In this document: positions 8,694 through 18,121 of the stretch, one piece after another
How the letters are laid out: the number at the start of each line of letters is the position of its first letter
Numbering within the stretch: the first letter of the stretch is position 1
Assembly (NCBI GenBank): GCA_965222605.1
Contig: OZ244960.1
Span: forward strand, 3,552,001 to 3,616,000
DNA length: 64,000 nt
Direction of reading: 5' to 3'
Source of the DNA: Candidatus Latescibacterota bacterium
GTDB taxonomy: Bacteria; Latescibacterota; UBA2968
Notes under the pieces: generated by a model
Databases searched by the model: none
Told to the model about the DNA's origin: nothing
Seen by the model: only the letters and a program-made list of their open reading frames with translations
Position numbers and translations under genes: made by a program

Positions 8694-10404
8694 GAGTGTG
8701 TATCAAAAGCAAGGCGTATGAAGGGTATAAGAAATAGGGAATTAGAATCGTGTGCAAAACATGATAGGACTCCTATATTGGCAAACATTCCGTTAGCAAA
8801 ACCATGTTTGCTTTCAAAAGGAGCCCTACCATGATGACAATATACGAAAAAGAAGCCTTGTTTGACCAGTTGGATGAAGAGTTTTCTCAAATCAAAAGGT
8901 TCGTTTGCCAAGCCGCAGGTCAAGTCGAAGTGCATGAAGTAGAGGGGAAGGTTTTTCGCCAACTTCAAGATTTGGGTCGCCAACTATTATCCCGTTTTGT
9001 CCAATTATGTGGCACAGGGTATGAGGCAAACGGTTTCAAAGAGCAAGGTAAGGGTCAAAAGATGCGCTACAAAGGTTGCCAATCGGTCTCGTATCTGTCC
9101 ATCTTTGGGTCTATCCCCATCTGTCGTGCGGCCTATGCCCGTGCCGATGGGAGCTATTTCTACCCCTTAGATGAGCACTTGAATCTGCCAGCTCACAAAT
9201 ACTCTTATCTGCTGTTAAAATGGTTGGCACAAGATGCGGCACAGCACGACTTTCGCCAGGCGGTGGCACGCTTCAATCAGATTTTCGATCTGTCTTTATC
9301 CGCCTCATTACCGCAGCGTTTGGGGGATGAGATCGCCGCATATGTCACGCCATTTTATGACGCACAGCCCGCGCCTGACCAGGATTTGGAAGGGAGCCAT
9401 TTGGCTATGAGTGCCGATTGTAAAGGTGTACGCATCCTAAAATCTGAACGGGCAGAGGGCGCGCTGGACACACCTGCTTGTGCCAGACGAAGGCGCGGTG
9501 AAAAACCGAGCCTGAAGAAAGATGCGGTTGTCGTAACCGACTTTTCATTTTATCCGCAAGCACGCACCGCACAAGAGATAGTCAAAGGCCTCCTCAATCA
9601 GTTTACCCAAAAAGAGAAAGACCAAGCCCGGAAGAATCGCCAAAAACGCACCGCATTGGGACTTTGCCACCCCCGCGAACCCATCCACAAGCATGTCTTT
9701 GCCACCATGAACGGGAAAAAAGAGGCTTTCGAGCATCTTATACGACACGTCCATAAACGAGACCCAACCCTTGAAAAACCGATCATCGCCCTAATAGATG
9801 GCGAACCGGCTTTAGAACGCAGACTCAAAGAATGTCTCGAAGCCTACAACATGACGGATCAACTTGATGCCATTATCTTGGATATTATCCACGCGACGGA
9901 ATACCTGTGGGATGTCGCCACCTGTTTGTATGGCGAAAAAAACAAAAAACGCACCGATTGGATGCAAGACAAATTATACGCCTTGACAAGCAGACCCGTC
10001 GGGTATCTCATCGGCGCACTCCGACAGATGATGACCAAGAATAAAATCCGATTTTCTACCTCACAGAAACAGGTGCTAAAAAAGACCATCACCTATTTTG
10101 ATAACCACCGTCATATGATGGACTATGCCACCTATCTGAAAAAAGGATATCCTATCGCTACTGGCGTCGTCGAAGGAACCTGTGGCTCCTTAGTCAAAGA
10201 CCGAATGGAACAATCCGGCATGCGATGGTCTCTCTCTGGTGCACAAGCCATTCTTGCTCAACGCGCTGTTGTCAAAAATGACGATTGGAACGCATTTTGG
10301 AACTTTTATATCGACTCTGAACACCAACGGTTATACCCCAAGGTAGGATACAAAACGCTATACCAACGAGCTGCTTAAGCTTGCCTGTCATTTTGTACAC
10401 ACTC
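8694..10404 (+). mobile_element. ISKra4-like insertion sequence
   Basis: IR gagtgtgtatcaaaa / ttttgtacacactc; 9-bp TSD TATTGATTT at 8685-8693 and 10405-10413. Confidence 0.88.
8804..10378 (+). CDS. ISKra4-family transposase
   Basis: SADCKGV, LIDGE, LDIIHATEYLW, GYPIATGVVEGTC, RMEQSGMRW. Confidence 0.88.
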   Translation: MFAFKRSPTMMTIYEKEALFDQLDEEFSQIKRFVCQAAGQVEVHEVEGKVFRQLQDLGRQLLSRFVQLCGTGYEANGFKEQGKGQKMRYKGCQSVSYLSIFGSIPICRAAYARADGSYFYPLDEHLNLPAHKYSYLLLKWLAQDAAQHDFRQAVARFNQIFDLSLSASLPQRLGDEIAAYVTPFYDAQPAPDQDLEGSHLAMSADCKGVRILKSERAEGALDTPACARRRRGEKPSLKKDAVVVTDFSFYPQARTAQEIVKGLLNQFTQKEKDQARKNRQKRTALGLCHPREPIHKHVFATMNGKKEAFEHLIRHVHKRDPTLEKPIIALIDGEPALERRLKECLEAYNMTDQLDAIILDIIHATEYLWDVATCLYGEKNKKRTDWMQDKLYALTSRPVGYLIGALRQMMTKNKIRFSTSQKQVLKKTITYFDNHRHMMDYATYLKKGYPIATGVVEGTCGSLVKDRMEQSGMRWSLSGAQAILAQRAVVKNDDWNAFWNFYIDSEHQRLYPKVGYKTLYQRAA

Positions 10405-10468
10405 TATTGATTTTATGTCACTCAAACATATTGTTTTGTCAACGAAGAATAACGATAGGAGAATAAGA

Positions 10469-11254
10469 ATGAGACCTTCGTGGATGACTTATGGTGTTTT
10501 GAAGGATCTTTCCCGACGGGATTTGTTGCAGATGTTGAAAGATCACGGGTTTGAAGGGGTGGAATTTCGCACGGATGCCGGGCATGGTCACGGGGTGGAG
10601 GCGTCGATTGACGAAGCAGAGCGAGAGCAGGTGGTGGCAGATTGCGAGGCGATGGGGATCGATATCATGAGTGTTGCGACGGGCAATCGGTATCACGATA
10701 CGGATCCGGACGAACTGCGGGATCATATTGAGCAGACGATGGTTCGGATGGATCTGGCATCGGATCTGGGCGCGCCCCGCGTGCGCGTATTTGGGAATAA
10801 TTTTCCAACAGAAGTGCCCAGGGAACAGACGATTGCCCAGGTGGCAGAGGCACTGAAGACGCTGTGTGAGTACGGCGCTGAGAAGGGGGTGAAACCCTGC
10901 CTGGAGTTGCACGGTGAGTTCGATTGGCAGGCGTGCAGGGCAGTGGCCGAGCAGGTGGATCACGAGAATTTTGGGTTGATCTGGAATTCGGTGTTGCAAG
11001 ATGTGGTGGATGGGTCCCTGAAACAGGCGCTGGATACGGTATGGCCCTGGCTGGATCATGTGCATATGCACGATCTGGCGGGACAGGGCTATCCGTATCG
11101 CGAGTTGTTCCGGCTGCTGCACGAGAAGGGATACCAGGGGTACATGTCGGCGGAGGCAGAGCGTCGTCCCGATAAAGGGGTGGGCGATCTGTGGATGTTT
11201 GTGGCTTATTATTCAGATCTGTTCAGAGCGTATCGCGATCTCGCGCGAGGTTAA
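10469..11254 (+). CDS. Sugar phosphate isomerase/epimerase (xylose isomerase-like TIM barrel)
   Basis: GFEGVEFR, VRVFG, CLELHG, HVHMHD; AGGAG SD. Confidence 0.8.
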   Translation: MRPSWMTYGVLKDLSRRDLLQMLKDHGFEGVEFRTDAGHGHGVEASIDEAEREQVVADCEAMGIDIMSVATGNRYHDTDPDELRDHIEQTMVRMDLASDLGAPRVRVFGNNFPTEVPREQTIAQVAEALKTLCEYGAEKGVKPCLELHGEFDWQACRAVAEQVDHENFGLIWNSVLQDVVDGSLKQALDTVWPWLDHVHMHDLAGQGYPYRELFRLLHEKGYQGYMSAEAERRPDKGVGDLWMFVAYYSDLFRAYRDLARG

Positions 11255-11298
11255 AATAAAATGACGGATGTTACACCAATTTGCGAAAAGAATACATT

Positions 11299-12114
11299 AT
11301 GATCTATCGACTCAAAATTACTCTGGCGGGTTCCAGGCCGCCGATATGGCGGCGAGTTGAGGTTGATGGCAATATCTCACTTGGAGAACTACACCAGGTG
11401 ATTCAGATTGCGATGGGATGGACAGATTCTCATCTTCACCAATTCATCGTCAACGATACCTATTACAGCACCCCTTATCCAGGCATGGAAGACTGGGGAA
11501 TGATGGAGGATATCCGAGATGCAAATGAAATCTCTCTTCAGCAGGTCGCCGTTGAGGTGGGGGCACAATTTGTATATGAATATGACTTAGGCGATAGCTG
11601 GGAACACATTATTCGAGCTGAACAAATCAAGGAGCCAGAAGCCGGGGTGTTTTATCCTGTATGTTTGATGGGAAAACGCGCATGTCCACCAGAGGACGTG
11701 GGTGGAGTTTGGGGGTACGAAGAATGTTTAAGCGCGCTTCAGAACAAAAATCATCCAGAGCATGAGATGTATTCAGAGTGGATTGAAGAGCCATTCGACC
11801 CCGAAAATTTTGATCTTGAAGAAAGCAATCGGATGCTATCTTTTCTCGACTTCTACAAGGTCTTCAAGCGCGAGAAGGCACTCGTATATACCGATAGACA
11901 GGGACAATATCTGACATTTATCTATTATTATACGAAGTTGAACGGTTATCCCCCAGCTCAGGCGGACATACAGAGGTATTTTCGCATCACAGGTCCTTCC
12001 GTCAACAGCATGCTCAAAACCCTGGAAAAACGAGGTCTTATATCGAGAGTTCCCCGCCAACCGCGCTCAATCAAGTTGCTCCTATCCCGCGAGGAACTCC
12101 CCGATCTGGAATAA
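11299..12114 (+). CDS. pRiA4b ORF-3 family protein with C-terminal LexA/MarR-like HTH
   Basis: PPIWRRV, LHQVIQIAMGWTDSHLHQF, YEYDLGDSWEH, ACPPEDVGG; C-term YTDRQGQYL...PSVNSMLKTLEKRGLI. Confidence 0.85.
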   Translation: MIYRLKITLAGSRPPIWRRVEVDGNISLGELHQVIQIAMGWTDSHLHQFIVNDTYYSTPYPGMEDWGMMEDIRDANEISLQQVAVEVGAQFVYEYDLGDSWEHIIRAEQIKEPEAGVFYPVCLMGKRACPPEDVGGVWGYEECLSALQNKNHPEHEMYSEWIEEPFDPENFDLEESNRMLSFLDFYKVFKREKALVYTDRQGQYLTFIYYYTKLNGYPPAQADIQRYFRITGPSVNSMLKTLEKRGLISRVPRQPRSIKLLLSREELPDLE

Positions 12115-12181
12115 GTCGTAGCCATCCCACTCTCAATCCAGTTTCATGCCGTAAAAATATTGCGATACGGGGATAAGCACG

Positions 12182-12215
12182 AACGCCATCAGCTATTTTT
12201 CTGATGGCGTTTTTT
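12182..12215. terminator. Intrinsic terminator between convergent genes
   Basis: aacgccatcag-ctatttt-tctgatggcgtt hairpin plus T-tract; related to the 6371 hairpin. Confidence 0.7.
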
Positions 12216-12238
12216 GTGTTGGGATTCTGGGTCGCAAG

Positions 12239-13372
12239 TTATCTGGTCAATACTTCGCGCAGGCGTGAGGTGACGATTTCCTGGTCGTCTTCGATGAAAT
12301 TGGTGACGGCGACGCGAAAGGTGTTTGCGCTGCCGCGTGTCCATACGGATGGGTTGCCCTGTCGAAGTTCTTCGATTATTTGCGCTGCGGTTTTGCCCAG
12401 TGCGGTTTCATCAACTGTGATGTGTACGCCATCGCTCAGGCTGCGCGCGTCGGCTACACACTGGACCGTGATGTGGGGGATGTTCTCCAGGTCTGATAGC
12501 AGCGCTTCGGATTTGCGTTTGTAGCCGGATAGGCGCGCTTCGTGGTCCATGCTGAACCATTCGCGCAGGGCAACGATGACGGCGATGACTTCTTGTCGAT
12601 CTACTTTCAGGGGTCGGCCTATGGTGTCGTAGGGAGAGGTTTCATAACCGATGAAGGAATGGAGATAGGCGGCGTCAATCAGGTCTTTGCGTCCGCACAA
12701 GATGCCCGTGGAGTGACACGAGCCAATGTATTTGGCGCCGTAGCCGATCAAATCTGCGCCCATGTCGGGATATTTTCGCATTGTTTCGAGGGGATAAACC
12801 TGGCTGGCTGCATCGACGATGACGGGAATATTGTTGGCGTGGGCAATGCGGACCACGTCTTCGGGTGATAAGACGCCTTCCTGGCCTCCGGGGGCAAAAT
12901 AGTGGATGGCTGCGGTCTGGTCTGAAATGGCGGCTTCGAGTTGGGCTTCGGTTGTTCCGTTTTCATCGCCGACTTCTATGAGTTTGGCGCCGAAAATGGT
13001 GAGTACCGGGTCGTAGTGATACCGCTGTTTTTTTTGTATCAAAATGTGATGCTTCAAGCCCGTTGTGTCGGGCAATTGTTCCATTTTTTCGGGATCACTG
13101 CCCGACATGCAGGCGGCTGTGCTAAGAGCTAATGCCGCCGCGCATCCGGGTGTGACCATTGCCGCTTCTGCGCCGAGGGTGTCGGCGATGATTGCACCGG
13201 TTTTTTTGAGTAGTTCTTCCATGTCCGCAAAGTAGCGATTCGCTATGTCCATTGCGGCTTGCACTTCTGTGCCCACACGCGACCCGCCAATAACGGTCTG
13301 ATAACCCGATGCGTTGATCACAGGGACAACGCCCAGGTCTTCGTAGATTTGACGCCCTTTGTCAATGCTCAT
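12239..13372 (-). CDS. SelA-like/DgaE-family PLP-dependent enzyme
   Basis: PVINASGYQTVIGGS, VIVDAAS, GADLIGYGAKY (PLP Lys), IGRPLKV; 377 aa, lacks the SelA N-domain. Confidence 0.75.
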   Translation of the reverse strand: MSIDKGRQIYEDLGVVPVINASGYQTVIGGSRVGTEVQAAMDIANRYFADMEELLKKTGAIIADTLGAEAAMVTPGCAAALALSTAACMSGSDPEKMEQLPDTTGLKHHILIQKKQRYHYDPVLTIFGAKLIEVGDENGTTEAQLEAAISDQTAAIHYFAPGGQEGVLSPEDVVRIAHANNIPVIVDAASQVYPLETMRKYPDMGADLIGYGAKYIGSCHSTGILCGRKDLIDAAYLHSFIGYETSPYDTIGRPLKVDRQEVIAVIVALREWFSMDHEARLSGYKRKSEALLSDLENIPHITVQCVADARSLSDGVHITVDETALGKTAAQIIEELRQGNPSVWTRGSANTFRVAVTNFIEDDQEIVTSRLREVLTR

Positions 13373-13394
13373 GATTTTCCTCCATTTTTATTTT

Positions 13395-14630
13395 TTAGAC
13401 CGCGTAAGCTGAGTTTTTCCATACGTCTTTTGCCACGCGAAGGATATTGCCGCCGATGATTTTTGCGATGTCGTCGTCGCTGTAGCCCCGTTGCACAAGG
13501 CCGACAGTGAAGAGGGGCCAGTTGGTCCAGGTGAGGCTTTGTTCCTGGTGGGGTTGTCTCCATTCAGAGGAATGGAGAGGATCTGCGGGCGGCCAGAGGG
13601 CCTCCCAGCGGTTGCGCTGTTTGGGACGGGCGTTGAGTTTGCGGTTGGCTTCGGCGATGTATTTTGAAGGATAGCCTCGGTCCGTGCCGATGGTGACGGC
13701 GTCGGTGCCAAAGGTTTTGGCGACGTAGTCGATGTGATCGAGGAAGGCGTTGATGTCGCCGTTGCCGCCGAGGAATGCGGGTACATTGGTGATGCCCATG
13801 GTGCCCCCGGTGTCGAGTACCGCGCGGATGATGTTGTCGGGTTTGCTTCGGATGTGTTCGTTGAGTGTGCAGGCGACGGAGTGACTGACGACGACGGGTT
13901 GTGTGGATGCTTTTGCTGTGTCGAGGCAGGTTTGCCAGCCGGTGTGGGCGATGTCTATGATGATGCCGAGGCGGTTCATTTCGGCGACTGTGGCATGCCC
14001 AAAGTCGCTCAAGCCCGCGTCATTGGGTTCACCGCAGCCGTCTCCAATGGGGTTGCGGCGGTTGTACGTGAGGTGCATCATGCGCGCGCCGAGTTGTGCA
14101 AAGATGCGGATGTAGCGCAGTTCTTCTTCCGGGTTGGTCTGGTCGCCGGCGAGCGGAATGCCGTTGCAGGTGAGATAGGTGCAGCGTTTGCCCGCTTTAT
14201 GGGCTGCCGCGATGTCGTCGGGTGTGGTGGCGCGCTGGAGGAAGTTGGGCATGGCGTCGGTGTTGTACGTGTGTCGGGCAAGGCGTTTGATGAGGCGCAG
14301 GGGGTCGTTGCCTTCTTCGCCTGCGTTTTGAAAGGTGCAGGTGACGCCAGAGGTACGCCAGAGTTTCCGGTATTCTCGACGGAGTTCGGGTGTGAGTGCC
14401 CAGCGGGTCATGCCCATGTCTTCGGTGATGTCTTGCAGTTCGCGGTCAGACGCACCTGCTTCGATGGCTGCGTTGACGGGGTCGGGATCGATGGGTGAGC
14501 GCAGGCCCAGGCCGTAGGATTCGATGACGAGGGCGTGTTCGTGGAGTTCCAGGCCGTGTTCCAGGTCGCGTTGGGACGGTTTGAGGATGTTGAGTGCTAC
14601 GTCGCGGGCGTTTTGAATTTGGTCGTTCAT
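13395..14630 (-). CDS. Membrane dipeptidase (peptidase M19) family protein
   Basis: MHLTYNRRN, GLSDFG, IIDIAH, VVSHS, HIDYV, IGTD. Confidence 0.82.
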   Translation of the reverse strand: MNDQIQNARDVALNILKPSQRDLEHGLELHEHALVIESYGLGLRSPIDPDPVNAAIEAGASDRELQDITEDMGMTRWALTPELRREYRKLWRTSGVTCTFQNAGEEGNDPLRLIKRLARHTYNTDAMPNFLQRATTPDDIAAAHKAGKRCTYLTCNGIPLAGDQTNPEEELRYIRIFAQLGARMMHLTYNRRNPIGDGCGEPNDAGLSDFGHATVAEMNRLGIIIDIAHTGWQTCLDTAKASTQPVVVSHSVACTLNEHIRSKPDNIIRAVLDTGGTMGITNVPAFLGGNGDINAFLDHIDYVAKTFGTDAVTIGTDRGYPSKYIAEANRKLNARPKQRNRWEALWPPADPLHSSEWRQPHQEQSLTWTNWPLFTVGLVQRGYSDDDIAKIIGGNILRVAKDVWKNSAYAV

Positions 14631-14689
14631 TGTTGTTCACCTATTTTATATGTCAAGTGGTTAGCGGTCAGCAATTCATGCGCTGTAGC

Positions 14690-14735
14690 GCCGTCATCGC
14701 GGCATGATTTTGAGCCGCGATCCAGAAGGTTTTTT
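14690..14735 (+). repeat. REP-like intergenic palindrome, copy 1
   Basis: gccgtcatcgcggcatgattttgagccgcgatccagaaggtttt; near-identical copy at 18036. Confidence 0.7.
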
Positions 14736-16677
14736 ACAAAAAATCTATCAGGTCGTCGTTTTTTAGACGGTCATTTTGTATGGTGAGGATCGCTTCGGGA
14801 TAAAGTGCATAGGCCGCTTCTGCCCATGAGGTGTCGAAGGCATCGCCCGTGTTGTGTAATAATAAATTATTCGGGGCGATGAGCGCGGCGGCATTGGGCA
14901 AGCCACCCGCTTTGAGAATGCCCGGGATGGGCAGGCGATTGAGGTAGTCGTTTTCGCTTGTGGTGTTGAATGCGCCGATGTCGGATACAATTTGTAGATC
15001 GGTGCGTTCTGAGAATGCACCTGCGATTATGGCCCAGAGTCCGGCATTGCCAAAGCCGACGATGTTTGCCCGACCACCGGGTATGTGGCGCAACGCGAGT
15101 GCGATATCGTATATGCGCTCGGCGGCGTCGGTGCGGTTAAAGGTGTTGAAGAATCTCCCGTTCCCGCGCGGTTCTTCGGGATTTTCTTGGTCGATATTTT
15201 GGCCTGTGTCGAAGGGGTCTATGGCATAGACGGTGTGACCTTTGTCGAGGAGGGCATGGATGATGGGTGAGTACAGGGCGTTTATGCCATGCGGGTGAAT
15301 TAAAAGGGTGGATGTATCGGAGGGGGATTCAGGTGTGAAGGTGCGGATGGGGACGCGCACTTTGCGGCGGTTGCCAATCAGTGTTCCGTCTTCACAGGTG
15401 AGGTGCGAGATCTGGGTTTTAGCGTTGTGTTGATAAGTGACTGTGGTGTGGTCGTAACCAATGGCGATGCACAGGGCTTCGCCCAGGGTGCGTCGATTTT
15501 CAGCGAGTGCGTCGGGTGTGTTTGGGCGATGGGTTTCCAGTGTGGTTTTGGATGCGGCGATGCACTGGCGAATGAGGTCTTCGTGTTGCGTAATTGCGCC
15601 GTCGGGCAGGCCATCGAAAAAGGCGAGCATGTCTTTGTGTTCTTCGAGTTCAAAGGGCGGTTCGCTAAAGTTGTCGTCAAAGGGCAGGTCGAGCCAGCGG
15701 GCAAACCAGCGGTACACGGCTTCGCGCATTTCGAGGTTGTAGCCGTGGGGCGCGTCAATCTGGATTTGAGAGATGCGGTCGTCGGCGTCGTAGAGGTCGT
15801 ATATGCGTTTGATGGCGGGGTATTCGACGTCGGGGGTGTGTTGCGTCCAGTCCTGTGAGGAACTGACGAGGATGAGGGGTTTGGGTGCGAAGGTGGCGCC
15901 GATATCGACGTTGTTGGTGTCAATGCGCAGGAGGGGCGCGTTTTCACAGACACAGCCTCCTTGCATGTAGGCGGAGACCATGCAGACGGGTGCGGCGACG
16001 TGCAGGCGGTCGTCAACGGCATAGAGGTTATAGGTTTGGGTCCCTCCGCCCGATTCGCCTGTGCAACCCAGGCGGTTGGTATCGACTTCGGGGAGTTCGC
16101 AGAGGAAGTCGAGTGCGCGGATGCTGTTCCAGAGTTGAAGCCCCAGGATGCCGATGTTCCAGAGCATTCGGTCGTCTTGTCTGTGGGGCCAGGGTGCGCG
16201 GTGTACAATACCGTAGGTTTCTTCCTGGTATGCGCCTGAGAGATGTCGGGCGCTGTCGTTGTAATCGACCATGTCCCACATGAAGGCTGTGCAGCCCATT
16301 CGGGCAAAGGTGAGGCCCCGGCCCGGATAGGATGTGTCGCCGTGTTGCAGGCGGCCGAGTTGTGCATGCCCGTGTGGGCTTAAGATGCCGGGGTGGTTTT
16401 TGGGTTGTGGGTTGAGGGGACGAAAGAGGCTGCCGCCCACGTAGAAGTTGGGCAAGCTCTGGAAGTAGGCTTTTTCGATGGTGTACTCGTCGCGCTCGAT
16501 GCGGTTGTAGATGTGGATGTCGAGCGGGGTTTTTTCGGGCATTGGGCAGAGGCCAGCGGCAAAGAGGATTTGCTTTTTGAGTCTCGCCTTTTCTCGTTCC
16601 CATGTTTCGCGGTTGGGATATGTTGCGGGCGTAAATTCGGTGTTGGTGTGCGGGAGGTTTTGCCATCGGGGGTCCAT
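14734..16677 (-). CDS. Acetylxylan esterase-like alpha/beta hydrolase
   Basis: ILSPHGH, GCTGESGGGTQT nucleophile elbow, QGGCVCEN, PHGYN. Confidence 0.75.
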   Translation of the reverse strand: MDPRWQNLPHTNTEFTPATYPNRETWEREKARLKKQILFAAGLCPMPEKTPLDIHIYNRIERDEYTIEKAYFQSLPNFYVGGSLFRPLNPQPKNHPGILSPHGHAQLGRLQHGDTSYPGRGLTFARMGCTAFMWDMVDYNDSARHLSGAYQEETYGIVHRAPWPHRQDDRMLWNIGILGLQLWNSIRALDFLCELPEVDTNRLGCTGESGGGTQTYNLYAVDDRLHVAAPVCMVSAYMQGGCVCENAPLLRIDTNNVDIGATFAPKPLILVSSSQDWTQHTPDVEYPAIKRIYDLYDADDRISQIQIDAPHGYNLEMREAVYRWFARWLDLPFDDNFSEPPFELEEHKDMLAFFDGLPDGAITQHEDLIRQCIAASKTTLETHRPNTPDALAENRRTLGEALCIAIGYDHTTVTYQHNAKTQISHLTCEDGTLIGNRRKVRVPIRTFTPESPSDTSTLLIHPHGINALYSPIIHALLDKGHTVYAIDPFDTGQNIDQENPEEPRGNGRFFNTFNRTDAAERIYDIALALRHIPGGRANIVGFGNAGLWAIIAGAFSERTDLQIVSDIGAFNTTSENDYLNRLPIPGILKAGGLPNAAALIAPNNLLLHNTGDAFDTSWAEAAYALYPEAILTIQNDRLKNDDLIDFL

Positions 16678-16695
16678 GGGGTGCTCCTGTGTGAG

Positions 16696-17964
16696 TTATT
16701 TTTTTTCAATCGCCGCTGGGGCGCCGAAGTATTTTTTCAGGCGTTTTGCGTCGTATTTTTCCCGGCGGTCATAGGTGTAGATGCCGTTTTGTTCTTGTTC
16801 GATGTCGGTGAGTTGCGTGTAGCAATACCCGGCGATGTTGGGGTGGTTGAGGAGTATGGCTGTGAGTTTTTCGATGCGGTGATATACTTCTTCGATGTCG
16901 GTGGGGCGTTTGCCATAGCCCCAACTGCTTTTGCGGTCTGCGGCTTGTTCTGTTTCGACGGCATTGGGATCCCACCATGTGCCGCCGTATTCATCGACGA
17001 CGTAGGGTTGTCCCTGATACGGTACACACATTTCGGGGAAGCGGATGGGTGTGTTTTCCCATACAAGGCGCAGGAAGATGGGGGTGTTGTTGAGGTAGAA
17101 TTTGTGGCCTTCGATATGAAATTTTCGCAGTCCGGCATAGCTGTTGACGGCGTCGATGGTGGTGTCGCCGTCGCAGAGTTCAAAGCGGAGGTCGTAGAGA
17201 TGGGGGTTGGCTGGCGACCAGGGTTGCGGGTTTTTGATGCGCAAAGACATGGCAGCGCCGCTTGTGGCGGGCATGGTGGAGACCGCGACTTCTTCTTTGC
17301 CGTTGAGGAGAACAGCGCGGAAGGTGTGTCCGCGATGCGCGTTTTTGAATGTGGGGGTGAGTACAAAGCGGCTGCTGTCGAGGTCGGGTACGATACGCAC
17401 AGAGTCGATGCGCGATTCGGGTACGGCTTCGAGCCAGACGGTTTGCCATATCCCCGTGACGCGCGTGTAGTGGCAGCCGCGGGAATAGAGGTCGGGGCAT
17501 TGTTTGCCCGATGGCTGATCGCCGGAGCGCGTGTCGTCATTGGCGCAGATGACGAGATGGTTTGCGTTAGAAGAGAGCGCGTCTGGGATGTCAAATGTGA
17601 AGGATGAACTGCCGCCGTAATGCTGTCCGATAAGATGACCATTGACCCAGGCTTTGCAGTGGTAATCGACCGCGCCGAAGTGCAGGAGAACGCGCTTGCC
17701 GGTCCATTCGTCGGGGATATCGAGGGTGCGATGATACCAGACCGAGGGCATGAAATCCGTGTATTGTATGCCCGAGAGGCTGGATTCTGGACAGAAGGGG
17801 ACGGTGATGGCGCGGTCTAAATCAGCGGGATTTTGGGGCCAGCCTTTGGCTTCGCCGGATTGTCCAACGTCAATGGCGAATTTCCAGGTGCCGTTGAGGT
17901 TTAACCATGTGTTGCGCTGAAATTGCGGACGAGGGTGTTCGGGTCGCGGTTGTGTATCGGGCAT
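16696..17964 (-). pseudogene. GH2 glycoside hydrolase with in-frame internal deletion of much of the TIM barrel
   Basis: HPRPQF, LHFGAVDY, TGIWQTVWLE, GLRKF present; FLRLV runs straight into QPYVVDEYGG, with no LDQG...NHPS...NE segment. Confidence 0.65.
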
Positions 17965-17987
17965 GAAATGCTCCTTTAAAAAAGCTA

Positions 17988-18013
17988 TCAGCAGTCAGCA
18001 GTCAGCAGTCAGC
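17988..18013 (+). repeat. Heptamer tandem repeat (TCAGCAG)n
   Basis: tcagcagtcagcagtcagcagtcagc in an intergenic region. Confidence 0.7.
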
Positions 18014-18035
18014 GAAGCATGTGCTACTCATTAAA

Positions 18036-18079
18036 GCCGTCATTGCGGCATGGTTTTAGCCGCAATCCAGAAGGTTTTT
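18036..18079 (+). repeat. REP-like intergenic palindrome, copy 2
   Basis: gccgtcattgcggcatggttttagccgcaatccagaaggtttt. Confidence 0.7.
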
Positions 18080-18121
18080 GTTATTCCTGTCGTCTCTTCT
18101 CACCTTTTACGTCTAACGGAA

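Noticed and set aside
12239-13372. True selenocysteine synthase selA
   Set aside because: Too short, lacks the SelA N-domain, DgaE-type motifs, catabolic context
16393-17607. Long antisense ORFs (this one, 27592..28893, 623..1804, 59361..60383 and similar)
   Set aside because: Shadows of well-supported genes on the opposite strand, with no motifs
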